This document shows, one piece after another, positions 18,755 to 26,659 of a DNA stretch of 64,000 bases. This stretch comes from Thermoanaerobaculia bacterium (GTDB lineage Bacteria; Acidobacteriota; Thermoanaerobaculia; Multivoradales; Multivoraceae): assembly GCA_035524895.1 (NCBI GenBank), contig DATLFI010000047.1:28-64027 (forward strand). The letters are read 5' to 3'. The position numbers and the translations under genes are program-made. Numbering within the stretch: the first letter of the stretch is position 1; each line of letters begins with the position of its first letter. The notes under the pieces were generated by a model. It saw only the letters and a program-made list of their open reading frames with translations. It was not told the DNA's origin and did no database searches.

Positions 18755-19711
18755 ATGGGCATCCCGCGTGGCAGCGCTCGCCTGTTGATCGAGGAGGCGA
18801 AGGCGCGCCCGTTCTCGGGCAGCGTGCTCCAGCTCGGCCGGTCCTCGGTCTACTTCGGCTGGCACGACCTCGAGCGCTGGGCCCGCAAGCACGGCTTCGC
18901 CCTGGCCGCCACCGGACCGAAGCCGTCGCACGACCCGCGCCTCGCGGCTCAGGGCTGCATCGCCGACGACACCCTCTTCCACGCGCTGGGCTTCGACGAG
19001 GTGCGCAGCTGCGATCTCGAGGCTTGGGAGGGCGCCGACTATCTATTCGACCTCAACGGCGAGGTCCCAGCGGAGCTGCACGGCCGCTTCGACGCGGTGT
19101 TCGAGACCGGCACCATCGTGCAGGTGTTCGACCTGCCGCGGGTGATGGCCAACCTGCACCGGCTGCTGCGGCCCGGCGGTCGCGTCATCCACTGCGCCGT
19201 GCCATCGAACAACCACATGGACCTCGGGTTCTACATGCTGTGCCCGACGTTTTTCGCCGACTACTACCAGGCCAACGGCTACCGCATCGAGACCCAGCTC
19301 CTGTGCGAGTACTTCTCGTGGTGGCTCGACGGGCGGCTCTATACCGGCCGGTGGCGCGTCTGGGATTATCGTCCTGGCCTGCTGGATCACCTCAGCTACG
19401 GGCGCTACGGCGGCGCGCAGGCGGCGACCTTCCTGGTCGCGTCCAAGCTGGAGGAGAGCACCGGTGGCGTGACGCCGCAGCTCGGTCAGTACCGCAGCGC
19501 GTGGAACTCCTTCCGCGCCGACGGCTCGCAGGGCGCCGCGGCCGCCGTCGAGTCCGCCGACCGAGCCGCGCGCACCCGCGGCTCCGCGTTGGAACGAAGC
19601 CCGGTAGCCCGCGGCACCCACCGGCCGGTGGCGGTCGTCCTCAAGCGCCTCGCAGAGATCGCTCGCCGGCTGCTGCCGCGGGACCTGCCGACGCCGAAGA
19701 TGAGGGTGTGA
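18755..19711 (+). CDS. Putative SAM-dependent methyltransferase-like protein
   Basis: Class-I MTase-like layout (VLQLGRSS...FDAVFETGTIVQVFDL...LRPGGRVIH), but glycine motif I is degenerate. Confidence 0.4.
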   Translation: MGIPRGSARLLIEEAKARPFSGSVLQLGRSSVYFGWHDLERWARKHGFALAATGPKPSHDPRLAAQGCIADDTLFHALGFDEVRSCDLEAWEGADYLFDLNGEVPAELHGRFDAVFETGTIVQVFDLPRVMANLHRLLRPGGRVIHCAVPSNNHMDLGFYMLCPTFFADYYQANGYRIETQLLCEYFSWWLDGRLYTGRWRVWDYRPGLLDHLSYGRYGGAQAATFLVASKLEESTGGVTPQLGQYRSAWNSFRADGSQGAAAAVESADRAARTRGSALERSPVARGTHRPVAVVLKRLAEIARRLLPRDLPTPKMRV

Positions 19712-19735
19712 GGGCCTGAGGCTCCCTCTGTTCCC

Positions 19736-20893
19736 TCAGATCGACCGGCCGAAGTTGTGCGCGAGCAACGCCAGGTCGATGCCGTCGATGATCCCGTCGC
19801 CGTTGACGTCAGCCGCCGGGTCCCAGTTGTCGGCGCCGGGCGTGGCCCCGAACGACGCGACCAGCCGGGCCAGGTCGGCGCTGTCGACGGTACCGCTGTA
19901 GTCGAAGTCACCGTCGAGGAAATCGGTACCGTCAGCGGTGAACAGGATGATCTCGCGATCGAAGACGTTGGGCGGCGTCGCTAGGTCGCGCGCCTGCAGC
20001 CGCACCCGCACGAGCCCCTCCCACGGCACCGGCGGACTGAACGTGAGCACGCCCTGGCGCGAGGTGCCCGTGGCGAACACCCCCGTGTCGACACCGTCGA
20101 CCAGGAGCTTGCTGGCGAACAGGTCGATGCCGCGGCCAAAGTCCCAGATCTCCACCCGCAGCGCGAGATCGTCGTCGACGCGCGCGTCGCCGTAGTTCGG
20201 GCGCAGCAGGCCGGGCACCGGCGGCACGGAGTCGACGCCGGTCAACACGTCGGCGAACGCGCGCGCCATCACGTCGTACCCCGCGGGGTTGGGATGGCCT
20301 ACCGGATCGCCCACGATGTTCCAGTAGTACTTGCCGAACAAACCGCTCAGGCTCGAGAAGACGTGGAAGTTGTCCACCAAACGCCTGCGCACGGTACCGG
20401 CAAGGTTGCGCACCGCCTGGTTGAGCTGCTGGTTGACGATGTTGTCGTGGTCACCCTTGGCGGTGGGCAGGCGCGGGATGACTGTCGCGTGGATCGCCTC
20501 CATGCCGGCGTTCTCGGCCATCAGAGCCATCGTCGAGAGGTTGAAGAGCGTGGTCTCGAGAGAGATGAGGCGCGTGATGTCGTTGCTGCCCTCCATGAGC
20601 AGCAGCACGTCTCCGCCCTCCGCGAGGACGCTCGGAAGTCGCGCCAGCCCTTCGGGAGTTCGCTCGCCGCTCAGGCCCCGGTTGCGCACCAGCGAGCCGT
20701 TCGCCAGCAGGCTCTGCAGCCGGATCGGGTAGCCGGCGTTGGGTCCCTCCGGCACCGAGTCGCCGACGCCTTGGGTGATGCTGTCGCCAAAGGCGACGTA
20801 CACGCTCTGCGCCGAGGCCTCTCCCACGCCGAGAGCTGCCGCGACGAGCGCGGTCGCAGCGAGGAACGCACGGCTGACGGGCGAGCCGCTCAT
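19736..20893 (-). CDS. Secreted SGNH/GDSL hydrolase with C-terminal dockerin-like repeats
   Basis: Signal peptide; GDSITQG block I; two dockerin-type Ca-binding repeats (DYSGTVDSADLARLVASFG, DVNGDGIIDGIDLALLAHNFG). Confidence 0.65.
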   Translation of the reverse strand: MSGSPVSRAFLAATALVAAALGVGEASAQSVYVAFGDSITQGVGDSVPEGPNAGYPIRLQSLLANGSLVRNRGLSGERTPEGLARLPSVLAEGGDVLLLMEGSNDITRLISLETTLFNLSTMALMAENAGMEAIHATVIPRLPTAKGDHDNIVNQQLNQAVRNLAGTVRRRLVDNFHVFSSLSGLFGKYYWNIVGDPVGHPNPAGYDVMARAFADVLTGVDSVPPVPGLLRPNYGDARVDDDLALRVEIWDFGRGIDLFASKLLVDGVDTGVFATGTSRQGVLTFSPPVPWEGLVRVRLQARDLATPPNVFDREIILFTADGTDFLDGDFDYSGTVDSADLARLVASFGATPGADNWDPAADVNGDGIIDGIDLALLAHNFGRSI

Positions 20894-21981
20894 TGCGGCT
20901 CCGGCTCCCAGGCTCGAAACACGCTGGATGGCGTCACGGCTCTACCGGGCGCCTGGCTCTGCCATCCAAAGCGCACGCCGTCGGCGCCCACAGCCACGAT
21001 CACCGGACGCTCCACCTGCCGCGAGGGCACGCCCGCGCTGGCGACCACGCGGCGCCCTGCGACATCGATCTCCGAGACCACCCAGCGCCGCGCCGCGGTC
21101 TCTGACACTTCGAGGTAGCTGAGGATCGGTGTGGCTACGCCGCGGACGAAGCCCGGGTACAGACCGCTCGGCGTGTCGGCCAGGAAGGGGCCGCTCCACG
21201 CACCGTCCCGATACGCGGCGAGCGTGAGGCGGTACTGCACGCCGTCGAAGCGAGACCACGCCAGGATCGCGCCGTCGTGGGTCGCCGCAACCGACGGTGT
21301 GATGTCTGGCCCTTGACTGTCGCCGGCGACCCCCAGCGGCTCGCTCCAACCCTCGCTCGTGTGGACACTCCACATCACCTCGTCGTCGGAGCCGTCGAAG
21401 GCGGTCCACACCAGGAGCCAAGAGCCGTCGGCCAGCTCGGCGCCGCTCAGGCCGGTCTGCGTGCCAGCGCCCGGTGGCGACACCACCACGGGCTGCTCGA
21501 AGCCGTCGCCGGTCCACTCGGCGGCCCATACTGCGAACACCCGGGGGCTGTTGCCCTCGAGCCAGGCCACACCCCCACCCGGCTGACCGGCGAGCAGGCG
21601 GTCGCCGCCGAAGACCACGGGCATGGTGCGCAAAGCACCCGTCTGGCCGGGCGGCGTAGGCAGCTCGCGCTGGCGCTCGGCGTCTCCGGCCAGCAGGGCG
21701 AGTCGCTCGCGCCGATCGAGACCCCTCCGGCTGCCAGCCACCATCCACGCGCCGCCGCTGACCGCCAGATCGTGCGCCACAAAGGACGCATCGGTCTCGA
21801 CCACTTCCGCTCGTCCGGAACCGAGCATCACGCGGGTGGTCTCCCCGCCAGTGACCACGACCACGGCCTCGGCGCCGAAGCCGTGCTGCAAAGGATCCGC
21901 GCCTGCCGCGGGACCTGGGAGGCCGAGCAGGGCAATGGCGACCACCGGGCCGAGTCGCAGCGAGAGGGCAAGGGCAGGCAC
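20890..21981 (-). CDS. Secreted hypothetical protein (possible beta-propeller)
   Basis: Signal peptide MPALALSLRLGPVVAIALLGLPGPAAGA; W/G-rich repeats; 4-bp overlap with the GDSL gene start. Confidence 0.45.
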   Translation of the reverse strand: MPALALSLRLGPVVAIALLGLPGPAAGADPLQHGFGAEAVVVVTGGETTRVMLGSGRAEVVETDASFVAHDLAVSGGAWMVAGSRRGLDRRERLALLAGDAERQRELPTPPGQTGALRTMPVVFGGDRLLAGQPGGGVAWLEGNSPRVFAVWAAEWTGDGFEQPVVVSPPGAGTQTGLSGAELADGSWLLVWTAFDGSDDEVMWSVHTSEGWSEPLGVAGDSQGPDITPSVAATHDGAILAWSRFDGVQYRLTLAAYRDGAWSGPFLADTPSGLYPGFVRGVATPILSYLEVSETAARRWVVSEIDVAGRRVVASAGVPSRQVERPVIVAVGADGVRFGWQSQAPGRAVTPSSVFRAWEPEPQ

Positions 21982-22148
21982 TGGCTTCTTGTTCCAAGGG
22001 GGGACGTGGACAGGAAACAGATGAGAAGAACAGAATCCCCGGACCCCAGCGCGGCCGCACGAACAGCCGATCCGGCATTCTGCAGAGCACCCGACGCGGT
22101 GTCAACGCACCCCGACCGCCGCCGGCAGCGCCGACTATCATCCATGTC

Positions 22149-23645
22149 GTGAAGCCGAAGTACGCCAGCGTACGAGCCGTGCCGGCGATCGCGCTTTGTG
22201 CGGTCCTCTTCGGCTCCTGTGGCACACCGCCCCAACCCCACCGGGGGCCGGTCGTGCTGATCACCGTCGACGCGCTGCGCGCCGACGCAGTGGGTGCGCT
22301 CGGCGGGCCGCCGGGCCTGACACCGCATCTCGACCGGCTCGCGGCGGAATCCGAATGGGCGGAGAGATCGATCGCCGCATCGAGCTGGACCGTGCCCTCG
22401 ATGGCGTCCCTGTTCACGGGGCTCCAACCTTGGAGGCACGGCAACTGGCACGCCGACCGCGCCCGCCTCGCGGAGGAGCTGGTCACTTTGCCGGAGGCGC
22501 TCCAGGCCTCCGGCTACCGCACCTTCGCGTTCCGGTCGAACACCTGGCTGCGGCCACAGTTCGGGTATGCGCAGGGCTTCGAGGTGTTCCAGTCGCTGGG
22601 CCAGGGCAAGCGCGCCGAGGCGAAGCTCGAGTCGCTCACCGGCGAGCCCGACTTCGTTTGGGTCCACGTGCTGCCGCCGCACGCGCCGTACCAGCGCTGG
22701 GCACACCTGCTAGATCGGCTGCCCGCGGGCGCGCCGGCAGAGCTGCCGGAGCGCGTGCGGGCGGCCGAGCTCGAGCGCTACTTCGACCCCGAGGCGACGC
22801 CTGCGCCGGAAGACCTCGCGCGCTTCTGGGCGCTCTACCAGCTCCACGTCGCTCACGCCGACGAGGTGGTGGGCAGGTTGCTCGACGCGCTGCGCCGCAG
22901 CGGTCGCTGGGACGAAGCGATGGTGGTGGTGACCTCCGACCACGGCGAAGAGTTCGCCGAGAATCGGCAGATCGCGCACGGCGGAAGCCTGCACCGCGTG
23001 TTGATCGAGGTGCCGCTGCTGGTCAAGCTGCCCGCGGGAAGCGGGCGCGAGCTGGCGCCGCGCGCGCGCGTGGCCAACCACCGCATCTATGCCACGGTGC
23101 TCGAGCTCTGCGGCCTGGACCCTTATGCGAACGGCGATGGCGTGCTGCCGAGCCTGTTCGAGCCCAGCGACCCGCCGGCGCTCTCCGAGCTCTACTACGG
23201 CAACGGCGTCAACTCCTTCTCGCTGGTGGAGCAGGAGAGGCAGATCGTGGTGACCAGCCGCTTCGCGACCCCGGAGCCCGGGTACTTCGCGGCGCGACGC
23301 CAGGCGCTCGGCCTGCCGGACGGGCTGTCGAACGAGGAGCCCGCCGCTCTCTTCGCGCGGCTGCGCGCCGCCTTCTTGACCTCGCCGCCGCTGCAAGGCG
23401 TCGAAGGATCCGAGCCCATCGTGGCGCTCGCGCGATGGGATGTCGATCGCGAAGGGTCGCCGCCCGAGGAAGCCGAGGCAGCCGCAGCGCCGGGCACGCT
23501 CTTCCGACGCGTCGCGGAGGAGTGGGAGCGCTGGAACGGCGAGGAGGTCGTCCCGGCGTCCTTGGCGCCACCTGCCGAGGTCGAGCTGTCACCCGCGGAG
23601 CGGGAGCAGCTCGAAGCTCTCGGCTACGTGGTGGGCGATCGCTGA
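22149..23645 (+). CDS. Alkaline-phosphatase-superfamily 'sulfatase-like' lipoprotein (Thr at nucleophile position), paralog 1
   Basis: Lipobox LFGSC; LITVDALRAD metal-binding block; SSWTVPSMASLFTG where the canonical C/S-x-P-x-R site has Thr and no Arg; SDHGEEF block; C-terminal LEALGYVVGDR tail. Confidence 0.6.
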   Translation: MKPKYASVRAVPAIALCAVLFGSCGTPPQPHRGPVVLITVDALRADAVGALGGPPGLTPHLDRLAAESEWAERSIAASSWTVPSMASLFTGLQPWRHGNWHADRARLAEELVTLPEALQASGYRTFAFRSNTWLRPQFGYAQGFEVFQSLGQGKRAEAKLESLTGEPDFVWVHVLPPHAPYQRWAHLLDRLPAGAPAELPERVRAAELERYFDPEATPAPEDLARFWALYQLHVAHADEVVGRLLDALRRSGRWDEAMVVVTSDHGEEFAENRQIAHGGSLHRVLIEVPLLVKLPAGSGRELAPRARVANHRIYATVLELCGLDPYANGDGVLPSLFEPSDPPALSELYYGNGVNSFSLVEQERQIVVTSRFATPEPGYFAARRQALGLPDGLSNEEPAALFARLRAAFLTSPPLQGVEGSEPIVALARWDVDREGSPPEEAEAAAAPGTLFRRVAEEWERWNGEEVVPASLAPPAEVELSPAEREQLEALGYVVGDR

Positions 23646-23933
23646 GGCCGCACGGGCCTCGATTGGGTCTCCGCCACGCGGGCACCATGGCTTCTGGCAC
23701 GATGCTTGCTGCCTTGCTGGAGTACTTGGGTGATGCGCTTCGGGCTGTCCTCGCGCACCCTGCGAGAAAGCTGTAGCGCGACGCCAGGAGCGGCGGAGCC
23801 TCCTCCGCGGCATGTGGCCAGTTGAAGGAACATCCCAAGAGATCGGTAAGAAGTCGCCGTGGACGGACAAGGCGTCTGCGGCGCAACGTGTTGGCGCTCG
23901 TGAAGAGCGAGAGTTAGGAAGAGGAGGGGAACC

Positions 23934-25016
23934 ATGAAAAGCGAAGTTCGACATCTTTCCGGGCGCGGCGCGATCCGCGCTGCCACGCTTGGCCTCACGT
24001 TCTTGGTCGGCATCGCGGGCGCCGCCGCGGCACAGCGGCAGGGCGTGGCGCGAGGCCACGACGATTCCCGGGGAGGGCCTCGCATCGGCCAACTCCAGGT
24101 GACCATAGAAGACCTCGACACCGGCACCTGGCTGCAGCCCATCGCGCCCAAGGACGTCGCCGTCATCCGCGTGGGTCAGCGGGTCCGGCTGCGCATGACA
24201 GCTCTTCCCGTCGGCGCAGGAGCAGGTACCCGCTACCCCAGCACCCGGTTCAACCCGAACCAGTCGCGCTACCTGCGCATCGACAAGCTGAATCCCGAGG
24301 TGGGCACGATCCTGGTCACGGGTCTGCAACCGCACGGAGCGACCGGCGCGGTGCCGATCATCTACGAGATCCTCGAGCCGTGGCCCATGGCCGACGAGCT
24401 GCGCAGCGCGCGTATCTACGTCAAGGTCGTCGCGGATGCGCAGCCGCCCACACCGGAGCCGCAGCCGATCGTGCGCGGCAGCGTCGTGTTCTTCCAGGAC
24501 GATGACTTCCGCGGTGGCAGCCAGGAGTTCTGGGAGGGCGTCGACCGGATGGCAGGGACGCAGATCGGCAACGACTCCGTCAGCTCCCTGCGCGTGAGCC
24601 CGGGTTGCAGCGTCCATCTGTACGAGCACGAGTTGTTCCGGGGCCGCGTGACCGTAGTCACCAGCGACACCCGAACCCTGCGTGGAAGCACGGTCGGCAA
24701 CGACACGGTGTCCTCGTTCCGTCTCGACTGCAGCGCGATGGGCGCGGGCCGTGGCGTGACCCTCTTCGCCGACGACAGCTTCCGGGGCTCCTCCGAGAAG
24801 TTCCTCGCGGACGCCAGCGATCTCGGGGACTACCCGAGGATCGGCAACGACCGCGCGTCGTCGGTGCGAGTCGATCCTGGCTGCGAGGCCTGGCTCTTCG
24901 ACGACGCCGGCTTCGGCGGCACCTCGTTGTACGTCACGGGTGACGTGCCCGCGCTGGCCCGCACCACGCTCGGCAACGATCGAGCGTCCTCGTTGCGGGT
25001 GCGCTGCAACAACTGA
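23934..25016 (+). CDS. Secreted beta-gamma-crystallin-repeat protein (Protein S-like)
   Basis: Signal peptide; four ~45-aa repeats with F-x-D-D-x-F-R-G ... IGND-x-x-SS-x-RV-x-PGC Greek-key-like motifs; strong RBS AGGAAGAGGAGGGG upstream. Confidence 0.55.
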   Translation: MKSEVRHLSGRGAIRAATLGLTFLVGIAGAAAAQRQGVARGHDDSRGGPRIGQLQVTIEDLDTGTWLQPIAPKDVAVIRVGQRVRLRMTALPVGAGAGTRYPSTRFNPNQSRYLRIDKLNPEVGTILVTGLQPHGATGAVPIIYEILEPWPMADELRSARIYVKVVADAQPPTPEPQPIVRGSVVFFQDDDFRGGSQEFWEGVDRMAGTQIGNDSVSSLRVSPGCSVHLYEHELFRGRVTVVTSDTRTLRGSTVGNDTVSSFRLDCSAMGAGRGVTLFADDSFRGSSEKFLADASDLGDYPRIGNDRASSVRVDPGCEAWLFDDAGFGGTSLYVTGDVPALARTTLGNDRASSLRVRCNN

Positions 25017-25061
25017 GCGATGGACGAACGGGGGCGGCGGCCACCGCCGCCCCTGTGACTC

Positions 25062-26534
25062 TCAGCGGTCGCCGGCCTCGTCGACGTATCCCAGGGCTCG
25101 CAACGCGCGAAGCTCCTGCTCGCTCTTGGGAGCGACCGGGGCGGTCGCCGCGGGCTCGCGCATCCACTCGACCAGGGACCGCCGGAGGCGGGCCAGCTCT
25201 GGATGATCCGCCGCCGCCAGGTTGCGGGTCTCGAGTGGATCGGCGAGTAGGTCGTAGAGCTCCCAGTTGCGAATCGACTCGGTTCGGCCGCCGCGCGCCG
25301 GACGGTAGATCGCCTTGAAGCGCTCGTCCTGCACGGTGCGGAAGTGACGCCTCCCTCGACCGGCGTCGGCGAAGGCGAGTCGCCCCGCGGCGTCGGCAGG
25401 CGACCCTCCCCCGCGCATCAGCGGCCACAGACTCTCACCCTCCAGCAACGCGCGCACCTCGAGGTCCTCGCCGGGCAGGATCCAGTCGAGCAGGGTCGGG
25501 AAGAGGTCCAATAGCTCGACCGGCGGGGTCACCCTGGCACCGGCCGGCACGCTGGGGCCCAGTATCGCGAGTGGCACGTGCGACGCGGTGTTGTACGGCA
25601 GCGGCCCGTGCTCGAAGAAGAGATCGTGCTCGCCGAGACTCTCACCGTGATCGGCGGTGAACACCACCGCCGCCTGGTCCAGCAGCTCCAGCTCCTCGTC
25701 GAGCAGTACCAAGAGCGCCGCCACGTGCCGATCGACCACCTCGACGTTGGCGTCGTACTGCGCCACGTAGAAGCGCAAGTCGTCGTGCTCGCCGATCGCC
25801 TTGCCCGGCTCGTCGAGGACCGGAGCGACTTTCTGCGGAGCAGAGGCGAAGACCGGGTCTCCTAGAAACTCGTTGTCGACGCCTGCCGGTAGCACGTAGG
25901 GCGCGTGCGGATCCGAGTAGTGGATCCAGGCGAAGAGCCTCTCGGCGCTCGAATGACGGCGCAGCACCTCGAAGGCCGCGTCGTTCACTCGACCGGCCCA
26001 CAGCGCGGCTCGAAACGCCGTGGGGTCGTCGGTGAGACCCTCGCCCCACACCTCGACGTACTCGTCGTAGCCGCGATCCCAGCCGAGCTGGCGTGAGAGG
26101 ACCGGGTTCGATATCACCGCGACCGTGGTGAACCCCCGCTCGCGCAGGACCTCGGGAAGGATCACGATCGACTCCGGCACCGAGAGCGCGGCCTTGTGAG
26201 TGAGCCCGGTCGACTGCGGGTAACGGCCGCTGAACAACGACGCGAAGGAAGCGCCGGTCTTCGGCCACTGGGCGATGGCCCGCTCGAACACCATGCCTCC
26301 GGCCGCCACGGCATCGAGCCTGGGCGTCGTCGCGCGCGGATAACCGTGGAGGCTGGTGTGGTCCGCGCGCAGCGTGTCGACGGTGATCAGGAATAGGTGG
26401 CGCGGGATCTCGGACGCCGAGCCGCCGGCGGCAACGGCAGCCGGCTCGCGCCGCCCCTCGCAGGAAGCGAGGGTGAGAACCAGAACGGCGGCGAGGAACG
26501 GGAGACGCGGGTGGGGTCGTGCGGGCTGAGTCAT
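25062..26534 (-). CDS. Alkaline-phosphatase-superfamily 'sulfatase-like' lipoprotein, paralog 2
   Basis: Lipobox LTLASC; LITVDTLRAD; WPKTGASFASLFSGR (Thr at nucleophile position); TADHGESLGEH; C-terminal LRALGYVDEAGDR tail. Confidence 0.6.
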   Translation of the reverse strand: MTQPARPHPRLPFLAAVLVLTLASCEGRREPAAVAAGGSASEIPRHLFLITVDTLRADHTSLHGYPRATTPRLDAVAAGGMVFERAIAQWPKTGASFASLFSGRYPQSTGLTHKAALSVPESIVILPEVLRERGFTTVAVISNPVLSRQLGWDRGYDEYVEVWGEGLTDDPTAFRAALWAGRVNDAAFEVLRRHSSAERLFAWIHYSDPHAPYVLPAGVDNEFLGDPVFASAPQKVAPVLDEPGKAIGEHDDLRFYVAQYDANVEVVDRHVAALLVLLDEELELLDQAAVVFTADHGESLGEHDLFFEHGPLPYNTASHVPLAILGPSVPAGARVTPPVELLDLFPTLLDWILPGEDLEVRALLEGESLWPLMRGGGSPADAAGRLAFADAGRGRRHFRTVQDERFKAIYRPARGGRTESIRNWELYDLLADPLETRNLAAADHPELARLRRSLVEWMREPAATAPVAPKSEQELRALRALGYVDEAGDR

Positions 26535-26584
26535 CTCGCGAGCGGCGCGGTCCGCGCGAAGGTATCACCGCGGCCACGCCGGGT

Positions 26585-26635
26585 CGCGGGGAGGCCCGCG
26601 CGGAGGCGCGGGGAGGCCCGCACGGAGGCGCGGGG
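26585..26635. repeat. ~22-bp tandem direct repeat (2.2 copies) in a divergent promoter region
   Basis: cgcggggaggcccgcgcggaggcg / cggggaggcccgcacggaggcg / cgggg read directly between the divergent starts at 26534 (-) and 26660 (+). Coordinates are approximate. Confidence 0.6.
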
Positions 26636-26659
26636 TTCTGTCTCGTAACATCTACGCCC

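Noticed and set aside
22149-23645. Calling the three PF00884-like proteins true formylglycine sulfatases
   Set aside because: The C/S-x-P-x-R motif is replaced by Thr and lacks Arg in all three. They are annotated as alkaline-phosphatase-superfamily Thr-type enzymes instead.
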